From the IMG/VR virus record IMGVR_UViG_3300025653_000035, positions 1,094 to 65,093 of that record: a stretch of DNA of 64,000 nt; one strand, given 5' to 3'. Under the pieces are notes generated by a model. That model was not told the origin of the DNA. It did no database searches and was given only the letters and a program-made list of their open reading frames with translations. Both the position numbers and the translations under genes were made by a program. Shown in pieces: positions 45,907 through 54,898 of this stretch. Positions within the stretch are counted from its first letter, which is position 1. Each line of letters begins with the position of its first letter. This DNA comes from a virus (taxonomy: Duplodnaviria; Caudoviricetes).

Positions 45907-46680
45907 TTAGACTATAACCAGAACAGAACCTGGTGCAACATCAATTGTTGCGGCAACACCAACAGTTACTGGTCCAATAAGAAGTGCGTTTTTATCATTG
46001 GGTACAAATATTTCTCCTTCAATATTCTTATCAGTTAATAGTGCTCCTTCTACAATAGCGACGTTGCCACGAGACTGTAATACACCTTCAGATTTAGCAG
46101 CACCAGCAACTACTGTTGTACCAATGCCAACTATAACTATTTCAGAATTAGTATTATCAACTGCAGTTACAATACCCGCAACTCCTCCACCACCTTCAAT
46201 ACTAATATCTACTGTATTAGTAGAAGAATTATATATGAAAGTATTGCCAGTACCAACAAAGTTGAGTTGAGTTACACCAGCACCAGCAATCGAAACACCA
46301 CCAGACTGAATACCAACACCTCTAGCATCAGAGTCTAATAATTCAAAACTAATAGATCCACTCTGAATATGTGTTGAGTTAACTGTTCCTTGTCCAGGAA
46401 CACCGATAGCAAGTGGAACACCTAAGGCAATACAAAAATAATCATCAGTTGCTGCTGGTGCAGAAGCAAATGTAATAGTATTATTTGTAATAGTATAAGC
46501 AGACTCTGGTTCTTGAATAATACCAGCAAGTGAAACTAAAATGGAATAGGAAGAACCAGGATAAAATACTTGACCACCAGATGTCAAATTAAAGGTCACT
46601 TTGGAACCATCAAACTGTGACTGTATGTCGTCCAGTTTTAAATAGTTCCCTCTGTCTAAACCCCTGCCAAGATATCCCAT
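45907..46680 (-). CDS. Virion structural protein, partial paralog of 24620..25891
   Basis: MGYLGR; LDDI..QFDG; GIIQEP; QLNFVGTGN; NALLIGPVT. Confidence 0.6.
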   Translation of the reverse strand: MGYLGRGLDRGNYLKLDDIQSQFDGSKVTFNLTSGGQVFYPGSSYSILVSLAGIIQEPESAYTITNNTITFASAPAATDDYFCIALGVPLAIGVPGQGTVNSTHIQSGSISFELLDSDARGVGIQSGGVSIAGAGVTQLNFVGTGNTFIYNSSTNTVDISIEGGGGVAGIVTAVDNTNSEIVIVGIGTTVVAGAAKSEGVLQSRGNVAIVEGALLTDKNIEGEIFVPNDKNALLIGPVTVGVAATIDVAPGSVLVIV

Positions 46681-46697
46681 TATGGTTTTTTAGTTAT

Positions 46698-48566
46698 TTA
46701 TCGGACCAACCATTTTTCAAGTTGCTCATTAATATCTTCCATTTTGATCCAACGATCACCCTTAATTTGATCTTTATATACTGTCAGTTTACCCAGTAAA
46801 CCAATTGGACTCCACTCTGGACGATCTTCTCTTGGAGTATAATCCATACTAGGATCATAATCATCACTTAAAGATAATGACTCTGCAGTTGTTAAAGTCC
46901 AATTGTCTGGAATTTCAAATCCTTCTTCAAGTTTGTCTTTTCTGACCCTTTCCAATTCACCATCAACACCTTCATAAGTATAGATCTCAACAGTTTCTGT
47001 AATCCTTCGATTAAATTCATCAGTTCTATATCTTCCATGCCATGCAAAGTGAGCACTGTCACCAACAATTGCTGGTCTTCCAGAAACAGCACCAATAATC
47101 AATGAGGCATCATCAGTTGTTGAAGCAATTCCAATTTTACCATTTGTATTTGGAACAATAACTACAGTCTTTCCAACTCTATCTTCATTATTTGGATTTC
47201 CATCTGCCCACTCAAAGTATTCTGCATAGTCAGCAGGACCATTGTCAGCACTACCATCCCAATATCCATTACCAGCTGCTGTAAACTCAATATTATCTTC
47301 ACCATTAACTTGAGAAAGAAAAACTGCTGAGGTGTCGGCAACATTTCTTCCATACATATATGTTCTATCATTTGATGCAGATGCATGGCATTGAATACCA
47401 TATTCTGCTGAATTATAATCAGAAACAGGAGTAGAACTAGTACCATTATCAAATACTCTTCCAATATACATTGTACTGTAATGGGAAGCAACTCCATTCC
47501 CGTAAAATCCATGTCTATTAACGTCAACATACTTGGAATGGAAAATAGCAGACCAATCACTAGCTTCCCTTGCTGCAATATAAGTATAAGTATCGGAACC
47601 GTTTACATAAGAATAATGCCCATTCTCAGAGCCACTATATGTACGAGTTCCATCTGGATGGTAAAGTAAACCAGTAGTTACACTGCTATAAAAGCGACCT
47701 ACACCATCAATACAAGCAAATCTTCCGCTAGCACCATCTTCAGTTACTGACCAAATATCACCATTAACTTGAAACTTAGTTTTAGTCTCTGATCCTTGTA
47801 CAAGAAACCTTTCATTATAAGTATTACCACTATAATAATCACCCGAATCAGTATCAGAGTGAGTATAACTTATAGTTCCATATTGAAACGAACCATCAGC
47901 AAATGGATTACTGTAATCAATTGCAGAAGCAATATGGGATGATAATCTTATCTTTGCTTCTGTTGCACTTGTTGCCGACTGAATGTATAGTCCCTCATCT
48001 CCCCAAATCTCTAAGTTAGCATTTGGGGTATCTGTCCCAATACCAACTCTGCCCTCATTTGTAATACGAAGTTTTTCAACGCCCTCCTCAAGCATTATAA
48101 AGTCAGAATTAGCAGTACCATAATATTTTGTTCCAACGTGCCAATCAGCATTATTGCCCGATCTAAAATGCATCAAAGACATACTACCAGCAGTAGTATT
48201 ATCATTTTCAAGTCTTAGACCTTGAGCACCCCAGTTACCAGAAGCACCACCACTTAACTCTGTAGTATCATCGTTAAAACGAACATCAAGAAGATAATAT
48301 GGATCGGCAATACCAATACCGACAGAACCAATACCAATATTTAAGTCTCCACTAACTTTAACATCACCTACAACATCAAGTTTTGCCTGAGGATTTGTTG
48401 TTCCAATGCCAGCATTACCAGTAAAGACAGCACCACTATCCACTTGGAGTCTATGCTCAGCAGTATCTGCAATTCTTTCATCTGTTCCAATAACTAAATT
48501 TCTTGAAGTTCTAATCCCAATTTCTGTGGTAAGACCTCTTAAATATCTAGAAAGTTTTCTTGGCAT
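46698..48566 (-). CDS. Tail fibre/spike with C-terminal Peptidase G2-type intramolecular chaperone
   Basis: GIGTTNPQAKLDV repeats; ADYAEYFEWADGN..EDRVG; REDRPEWSPIGLLGK. Confidence 0.75.
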   Translation of the reverse strand: MPRKLSRYLRGLTTEIGIRTSRNLVIGTDERIADTAEHRLQVDSGAVFTGNAGIGTTNPQAKLDVVGDVKVSGDLNIGIGSVGIGIADPYYLLDVRFNDDTTELSGGASGNWGAQGLRLENDNTTAGSMSLMHFRSGNNADWHVGTKYYGTANSDFIMLEEGVEKLRITNEGRVGIGTDTPNANLEIWGDEGLYIQSATSATEAKIRLSSHIASAIDYSNPFADGSFQYGTISYTHSDTDSGDYYSGNTYNERFLVQGSETKTKFQVNGDIWSVTEDGASGRFACIDGVGRFYSSVTTGLLYHPDGTRTYSGSENGHYSYVNGSDTYTYIAAREASDWSAIFHSKYVDVNRHGFYGNGVASHYSTMYIGRVFDNGTSSTPVSDYNSAEYGIQCHASASNDRTYMYGRNVADTSAVFLSQVNGEDNIEFTAAGNGYWDGSADNGPADYAEYFEWADGNPNNEDRVGKTVVIVPNTNGKIGIASTTDDASLIIGAVSGRPAIVGDSAHFAWHGRYRTDEFNRRITETVEIYTYEGVDGELERVRKDKLEEGFEIPDNWTLTTAESLSLSDDYDPSMDYTPREDRPEWSPIGLLGKLTVYKDQIKGDRWIKMEDINEQLEKWLVR

Positions 48567-48569
48567 AAC

Positions 48570-48980
48570 TTAACTACCTACTATCCAACCATCTATATTA
48601 TTAGCATAAAGAATCTTGAAATTAGCATCAAGAATATCTAACTCTAAGTCATCAGCAACTCCCATAATGTTGCTGCCATTTCTTGCAAGAATCGCTGTTG
48701 TGACTCCGCTCCTATTTATCACCTCAATCTTATCTCCATGTTCTGGTGATGCTGGAAGTGTGTAAGTTCCAGCATCATAATAAACATATGTTCTACCTAC
48801 TTCTAACGTCAAATCGGTTGACGTTGTTGTAATGGCAACTTTTCTTATTTGAGATTGACCCTCAACAGAAAAAGTCGTGGTTAAACCTACACCACCAACA
48901 ACATCAATAGAAGATACTGATATTGATGATCCAGTGGAAATACCAGTTGTTGTAATCTGTGTTAAGCGATCAAGTGCCAT
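48570..48980 (-). CDS. Virion protein with T4 proximal-fibre-type repeat
   Basis: YTLPASPEHGDKIEVIN; ARNGSNIMGVADDL; YANNIDGW. Confidence 0.6.
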   Translation of the reverse strand: MALDRLTQITTTGISTGSSISVSSIDVVGGVGLTTTFSVEGQSQIRKVAITTTSTDLTLEVGRTYVYYDAGTYTLPASPEHGDKIEVINRSGVTTAILARNGSNIMGVADDLELDILDANFKILYANNIDGWIVGS

Positions 48981-49039
48981 TATAGTGCTTTTTAGTTATT
49001 TATCAGACCAACGACTGTTTAAGTTGATCATTAAATAAC

Positions 49040-49456
49040 TCACTCAGCAGAAGGAGTTTCTAATACCCATCCAGTTGTGTTGTCTGCCTGATGTGCATCT
49101 TCATCCCAGATATAGAATGAACCTGCTTCCAACTCTGCATCAGTCAATGCAGGTGCTGCACCAAGAGGTGACTCCCAGTTAGCAGTGTCGTTATCAAGAA
49201 CCCAAGATGCGTGAGGTTGTGGTGGAACAAATGCATCGAGACCAGCGTTATAGGAATATCCGATGCCAGCATAACGGACTCTCATATTGTTATTGTAAGA
49301 AGTCTGCTTCCAGTTTCCACCAAGAAGTTTCTTACAGAAGGCAATACCAAGGATCTCATCTTCCTGTCCAGTATGAGGATCAGTAATGTCCTTGTTGTCA
49401 ACTACAATTACTTGAGTGACGACATTATTTTCGTCAAGTTTAGCGAAGTGAGCCAT
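49040..49456 (-). CDS. Tail-fibre-associated small protein
   Basis: MAHFAKLDENNVVTQVIVV; WKQTSYN; YAGIGY; FVPPQPHASW. Confidence 0.65.
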   Translation of the reverse strand: MAHFAKLDENNVVTQVIVVDNKDITDPHTGQEDEILGIAFCKKLLGGNWKQTSYNNNMRVRYAGIGYSYNAGLDAFVPPQPHASWVLDNDTANWESPLGAAPALTDAELEAGSFYIWDEDAHQADNTTGWVLETPSAE

Positions 49457-49506
49457 AATTGTTCTGAAAATATTATGAACGAATGGTTTGTTTTTTATTT
49501 AGTTAT

Positions 49507-49677
49507 TTATTCAGAGTCAGCGGGCAGTGGTTCGTTGCCTTCGGCTAGCCAGGCTTGATATTCCAAAGCCATACAGTTTTGTCCGTTAGCTTTGAAGGTC
49601 CAAACGGTGCCGTCATCTTCAGTTTTTTTGATGCGCTCAATAGTTGAGCCTTCGACAAAATAAATCTGATAAGTCAT
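49507..49677 (-). CDS. Small fibre chaperone-like protein (56 aa, absent from track)
   Basis: Hand translation MTYQIYFVEGSTIERIKKTEDDGTVWTFKANGQNCMALEYQAWLAEGNEPLPADSE; ATG abuts the upstream stop. Confidence 0.65.
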   Translation of the reverse strand: MTYQIYFVEGSTIERIKKTEDDGTVWTFKANGQNCMALEYQAWLAEGNEPLPADSE

Positions 49678-51158
49678 TAGAGTTCAGCGTTAAAGGAAAT
49701 GTGGGCGGATGTTGAGTCGTTTAGACGACAAAGCCCAGCTCCATAAAGTGAATAACTTGAAGCAGAGCTATTTAAAGTCAAACCACATCCATACCTGGAT
49801 TCATCCAAACTTAAAACTGAAGTAATTGTTATATCATTTGATGAACTATGTAACAAAAGTAACTCCTCAGCATTTGCCGCAGGATCAGACCGCATTGTTG
49901 TTGGGAACAAAACCATAGTTCTAAAACTTTCACTACCATTTGTAGCGTCGTAGCAGTAGGCAATTCCTACTGAAGTTTGATCGTCTGCGTTACCGGCAAT
50001 TTTATAAAAATACCTCTGACACTTAGCCAAGGTCTGACCATAGCTCTCGTGTTCAAACGGTGTGGATCTTTCACCTACTTCTAGCTGGAGTCCAGTAATT
50101 TGCCAATAATCATTAACTGTTCTGCCAACAAAAGCTGTTTGACCAGGTGACGCAATTGCACCGCTAGTATAATCATCCCACTGATTAGCAGTCCCTCCAG
50201 TTCTATTAGATCCTGCATCAGTAACAAAAAATATATCAAATTCATTTTCATTTGAGTTGGCAATTGCAGTGTTTGTATCACCAGCAATGGTTATAGTTCT
50301 ATATTGCCATAGACCTGTTTCATCATTTTCAATAATGTATTGACCAGCAAACCTCCGAGCTTGAGTATCATCATTGTTTACAAATCTGACAACATAAGTA
50401 CCTTGTACGCTAGTTTTTACCCAAAAAGATAAAGTAATTGTTTGTGCATCGGCTGTTCCGTATTTAAGGTGTTGAAGATCTTGGCCTTCAATTTTATAAC
50501 GCGCTGCCCTTATTTCTGAGTCTGCTGTGTCGGTGAGCGCAGTTGCGGTAGTATTTTTAAAACTGTACGAAAAGCCAGTTGGAGCATCTGTAGATTGCTC
50601 TTGATCAAACGTGTAATCAGTTGCATTCAACTCAGAATGTCCAATTCGGTCAACAGTATAATACGTGCTACCGCTTTCATCAGTTACTGAAGTTGCTCTC
50701 TGCGCCACTGTCATCGCCCCATTAATGATGAGGTTCCTGTTACTTAACGGACCAGCAGTTGGGAAACCCAAGTCATTTATACTATCAACACCATAGACAG
50801 AACCAATACCTGCGGTAGTAACACCAGTAATACTTGAACCATCAATCGTAACTGAACCCTGACCAACCGTCAGAACACCAGTAATCCTAGCATCACCAGT
50901 AACAACTAGTTCCGTTGTTCCTCCACCTACAACAGTATTTCCTAAAGTTGATACACCAACTACTGATAATCCAGCACCAACATGAACATCACTTTCATAG
51001 GTTACTGTACCACCTATGGTTACATTTCCACTTATATCTAAACTACTTGCAGTAAGGATACCAGAAAGATTTACATTACCATCAGGAGTAATAGTTACAC
51101 CTACTCCAATATTTAATGGATCTTTTAATATGTCACCACCTACTCTTGTTAATCCCAT
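49677..51158 (-). CDS. Tail fibre protein with carbohydrate-binding-like domain
   Basis: NRNLIINGAMTVAQR; ITLSFWVK; WQITGLQLEVG..STPFEH; CQRYF. Confidence 0.7.
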   Translation of the reverse strand: MGLTRVGGDILKDPLNIGVGVTITPDGNVNLSGILTASSLDISGNVTIGGTVTYESDVHVGAGLSVVGVSTLGNTVVGGGTTELVVTGDARITGVLTVGQGSVTIDGSSITGVTTAGIGSVYGVDSINDLGFPTAGPLSNRNLIINGAMTVAQRATSVTDESGSTYYTVDRIGHSELNATDYTFDQEQSTDAPTGFSYSFKNTTATALTDTADSEIRAARYKIEGQDLQHLKYGTADAQTITLSFWVKTSVQGTYVVRFVNNDDTQARRFAGQYIIENDETGLWQYRTITIAGDTNTAIANSNENEFDIFFVTDAGSNRTGGTANQWDDYTSGAIASPGQTAFVGRTVNDYWQITGLQLEVGERSTPFEHESYGQTLAKCQRYFYKIAGNADDQTSVGIAYCYDATNGSESFRTMVLFPTTMRSDPAANAEELLLLHSSSNDITITSVLSLDESRYGCGLTLNSSASSYSLYGAGLCRLNDSTSAHISFNAEL

Positions 51159-51159
51159 A

Positions 51160-51486
51160 TTAGGTAATCTCCAGAATAGTTACCGACACGTCTAAACTAT
51201 TATTTGTATCACTCTTTGCAGTTAAAGTATCTGATTCTTCTAGTACAATTTTATTTCCTTGCATTATCTCTAATGAAGAACCTTGAGGAATCGGAACATT
51301 TTTCAGAACACTTACATCATCTGCTGCTGATCTTGTAATTCCAACACCGACATTAATACTATTGCCACTTATATTGGCAAGGGTAATTCCAATAATGGTT
51401 GTTGTAGTTAGAGCAGGGACCACATAGACGTTCTCTGTTGTGACTCCCACACTTGCTTTGGTTTTTAATTTGAAGGTATTTGCCAT
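51160..51486 (-). CDS. Small virion structural protein, paralog of 60652..60981
   Basis: MANTFK; IVLEESDTL; VSVTILEIT. Confidence 0.6.
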   Translation of the reverse strand: MANTFKLKTKASVGVTTENVYVVPALTTTTIIGITLANISGNSINVGVGITRSAADDVSVLKNVPIPQGSSLEIMQGNKIVLEESDTLTAKSDTNNSLDVSVTILEIT

Positions 51487-51537
51487 TGTTTATTTTCCGA
51501 GTGCAGTCATCTTCAAGGTCTCTTGATATTTATATCA

Positions 51538-51939
51538 TCATCCAAATGCGATAGCGTAAATAATTGCATCATCTCCACTTGTCGCAGCAGCAGAAATTTC
51601 AGTCATATCAACAACAATAGTTGATCCATATCCAGTGACTGATAACCCAGTACCAATAAAATTAATATCTGTAAATCCAACACCAACTCTTCCAGTAATG
51701 ATACCAGACTGAGGGTTTATAGTACCAATACCAGCACCAACACCAGAAGTGAATAACTGACCGTTTCTGTAGAGATCATTGGTGAAATTAATATCACCAT
51801 AAACGTCCAGTTTGTACTGGGGATTGGTGGTGCCTATGCCAACATAGGGAGTCGCAGTCGTAGCGATACCAATATTTCTACTGGTATCGTCTATGTTTAT
51901 AAATGAACCTAGTTGTGATAACTCCCTATTATTAGCCAT
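51538..51939 (-). CDS. Small virion structural protein
   Basis: MANNRELSQL; GIGTTNPQYKLDV; DINFIGTG. Confidence 0.55.
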   Translation of the reverse strand: MANNRELSQLGSFINIDDTSRNIGIATTATPYVGIGTTNPQYKLDVYGDINFTNDLYRNGQLFTSGVGAGIGTINPQSGIITGRVGVGFTDINFIGTGLSVTGYGSTIVVDMTEISAAATSGDDAIIYAIAFG

Positions 51940-51979
51940 TCTGGGTTTTTAGTTATTTATCAGACTACTACTTCCTTTC

Positions 51980-52027
51980 GGATAATCCTCCAAATTAAAC
52001 AGGTTTAGGCGTAGGTATTTATTATGC
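51980..52027. repeat. 48-bp direct repeat, copy 2
   Basis: GGATAATCCTCCAAATTAAACAGGTTTAGGCGTAGGTATTTATTATGC. Confidence 0.9.
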
Positions 52028-52990
52028 GGTATAATAAGAACCAGACATCCTTAAGTCATCTCCAGTAGTCCATGTAAATGGAGAAGTATTATACAAACCA
52101 TCATTGACACTTCCACTTTTTACAAATTGAATATAATTTAAAGTTGTTGTATTTGATGAGTAATTATTTGAAAACCCTATCCAGTTATTACTTGCATTTG
52201 AAGCAGATACCAAAAATGTATTTGTATTAGATGCAATTGCAAACGGCAACCCATTTATATTATACACATATCCAGTGCCAAGAGAAGTTGTTGACCCCAT
52301 TTCAAATCTCATAGTAATATATACCAATCTGCCAATTTTTGTATATGTGCCTTCTAAAGTTGCATTTCCAAGAGTAAAATCACCTGTTTGTAACCAAGTA
52401 GGTGTCCAAGTCCCCTCCTCATAATCGTCCAGAACAGCAGAACTGCTTCCAGCAGCGGATGGAGATGCGGCAGAAAAGTCAATACCAAGACCAGAAGGTA
52501 AGGCAATTCCATTAGCATTAAAAGTTGCTACTGTAGAACCATTTCTCATTATATCAAGATTTCTGGCACCATTTGCTCTGATATAAGATTGAGAGCTATT
52601 GGTGTAGATAACTAAATCATTTGTATTTGCTGCTCCACCATCATACATGAAGCGTATAGCAGATCCATCTCCAGTTCCTGCTGCTGGATTTAGTTGAAGA
52701 GTTCTGTATGCTGTTCCAAACACTGTTGGATTATCAGTCCCGATGCCAACATTACCACTTGAAGTTATTCTAACTCTCTCTACACTGTTCGTACCAAGAG
52801 ATAATATATTAGAACCAGGAGAACTGATAGAAGTACCAGCACCAAGACTTACCTTACCTGCAACAGTAATATCAGTACTGATCGCAACATTGACTGCGTT
52901 GATATTCAAGTTATTGGGACTTTCGATCGTTGGTGTTCCTGATGCACCAATCAGATTAACATCCTTTACGCCAAACGCTTTATCTGCCAT
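52022..52990 (-). CDS. Tail fibre protein (GIDFSA...LDDYEEGTWTP family)
   Basis: GIDFSAAS; VLDDYEEGTWTPT; YTKIGRLVYI. Confidence 0.7.
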   Translation of the reverse strand: MADKAFGVKDVNLIGASGTPTIESPNNLNINAVNVAISTDITVAGKVSLGAGTSISSPGSNILSLGTNSVERVRITSSGNVGIGTDNPTVFGTAYRTLQLNPAAGTGDGSAIRFMYDGGAANTNDLVIYTNSSQSYIRANGARNLDIMRNGSTVATFNANGIALPSGLGIDFSAASPSAAGSSSAVLDDYEEGTWTPTWLQTGDFTLGNATLEGTYTKIGRLVYITMRFEMGSTTSLGTGYVYNINGLPFAIASNTNTFLVSASNASNNWIGFSNNYSSNTTTLNYIQFVKSGSVNDGLYNTSPFTWTTGDDLRMSGSYYTA

Positions 52991-53007
52991 TTCAGTTTTT
53001 TATGTAT

Positions 53008-54897
53008 TTAGGATTGCTTGAATGAGATACCAGAAATATTAACACCAGTAAACTTTGGAACGGTATTATTAGCAAATGGATTATAAAGAACTCTTGGAGT
53101 GGCACCCTTTAATCCAAAAGAAGCCGACCAATAATTAACAGAAGTTCCTGCTCCAACGGGATCTGTTGCACCAAATTGATCATAAAATGGGTTACCAACT
53201 CCACTCTCAACAATTCTAGATCCATGACGATATAACCAATTTCTTACATCAGTTCTATTTGCTGAAGGATTAGATTCGAGATAGCAAGCAAGAACACCAC
53301 AAACATTTGGTGTTGCCATACTTGTTCCTTGTAAGTACCTATTATAATAACTTCCATCTCTTGGATCAGCGTAATAAGTACTTACACCATCAGCATACCA
53401 TGGACTCAATACATTTACTCCAGCAGCAAAAACATCAATTGCCGGTCCGGTATTTGAAAAACTTGCTTTTCTTTCTGAACTAATTCCAGAAGTATATACA
53501 AATGAATCCAAAGCACCTACATTGATAGGAGCATCTGATTGCCCTATATGTGAAATTGTAGGAGTTCCAGGTCTGTTGAAGTATTCATCAACTGAACCTT
53601 GACTTTCAGAAACAACATCACCATAATAAAAAGTTCCAGTTAAGAATCGATTGTCATAATCTACACCACCAGGAATATCTTGCTTATCTTTTGAATTTCC
53701 AGCAGCAAAAACAACAATTATATCATCACAATCAACATCATCGAAAAGTTCATCCGTAGTTGTTTGAGAGGTTGCATGTTTTGAAACAAATTCATAATAA
53801 GTGCCATTTGTTTCCAGATAATAAATCGCTGGTTGATAACTACTAGATCCCTCAATATCTACAGAAGATAAATTTTGTCCTCTAAAATTAGCAGTATATG
53901 CTAGATCGTATCTAACAAATTGTCTAAATCCCCAACTACCATTTACAATAGTGGGATTTCTTCTACCAGTTTCTGGATTGATTGGTTTGTTCTTATGCCA
54001 AACACGAATATAATCAAATCCATCAGCAGGATCGGCAAACCCAACATCACTTCTATCAATACAGGCGATTGACCAGATGTTTGATTCAAAGGCAGCACCA
54101 AACTGATTACCAGCAGCAGTTCCTCCAACATGAGATCCGTGCCAAGATCCATTAAAGGTGCTTGATTCCAATGCGTTTGCAACAGTATAATTTGCTAATG
54201 TTCCGCTGCCTGGTGCGGTGAGACCTTCATTTGCCCAGTTAATTCCATACTCTGATGCACCATGAATCAAAATATCTCTAACTCTTGTACTATTCTTATC
54301 AACAAAACTTGTAACACCTGGTTTCAAAAACTCTGGATGATCCCAACGAACACCAGTATCCATAATCACAACATCAACATTTTTTCCAGTTAAAGAATAT
54401 TGGCAGTCTGAAACTGGAAGGGTGCTTGTACCAATACCAACATTAGAAGTTAGTTGATGCCGATATAACCCCCATTGCGTATAGTTTAAAGGATCTCCAC
54501 TTAGAGATTCATTTGTTCTTAAATTGATAATATTTTGCTTAAATCTATCCGTAGTGGTATGTCTATCAAATTCTTCATCAAATTTCCTTTGTTCCAAAAC
54601 AACTGGATTGTGCATTGAAGACTTCACAACCCATTCTACTTTCGGGTGTTGTCTTAATACTTCTGCCTCATCAATAGACATTTCATAAACAGATCTTTTA
54701 GAAGAACATTTCATATCACTAACACAAGTAATCCTTCTATTAGGAATACCATCTATCTCATTTTCATTAATAATATAATTATGAATCTCTTCCCAGTCGG
54801 AAGGATTTTTTACACAAACAGTAAATGATTGTGGTGTATCCGAAGAGATCTCATCAATGACAATAACTCTTCCAGCTTCATTAATTTCAGTTCTCAT
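53008..54897 (-). CDS. Subtilisin-like (S8) serine protease
   Basis: Catalytic triad VVIMDTG, WHGSHVGGTAAG, GTSMATPNV; oxyanion FAAGNS; prodomain-like N-terminus. Confidence 0.88.
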   Translation of the reverse strand: MRTEINEAGRVIVIDEISSDTPQSFTVCVKNPSDWEEIHNYIINENEIDGIPNRRITCVSDMKCSSKRSVYEMSIDEAEVLRQHPKVEWVVKSSMHNPVVLEQRKFDEEFDRHTTTDRFKQNIINLRTNESLSGDPLNYTQWGLYRHQLTSNVGIGTSTLPVSDCQYSLTGKNVDVVIMDTGVRWDHPEFLKPGVTSFVDKNSTRVRDILIHGASEYGINWANEGLTAPGSGTLANYTVANALESSTFNGSWHGSHVGGTAAGNQFGAAFESNIWSIACIDRSDVGFADPADGFDYIRVWHKNKPINPETGRRNPTIVNGSWGFRQFVRYDLAYTANFRGQNLSSVDIEGSSSYQPAIYYLETNGTYYEFVSKHATSQTTTDELFDDVDCDDIIVVFAAGNSKDKQDIPGGVDYDNRFLTGTFYYGDVVSESQGSVDEYFNRPGTPTISHIGQSDAPINVGALDSFVYTSGISSERKASFSNTGPAIDVFAAGVNVLSPWYADGVSTYYADPRDGSYYNRYLQGTSMATPNVCGVLACYLESNPSANRTDVRNWLYRHGSRIVESGVGNPFYDQFGATDPVGAGTSVNYWSASFGLKGATPRVLYNPFANNTVPKFTGVNISGISFKQS

Positions 54898-54898
54898 A

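Noticed and set aside
18497-53011. TAAATA-CTAAAAA junction repeats as a CRISPR array
   Set aside because: Separated by whole genes of variable kilobase length, degenerate, and explained by late promoters
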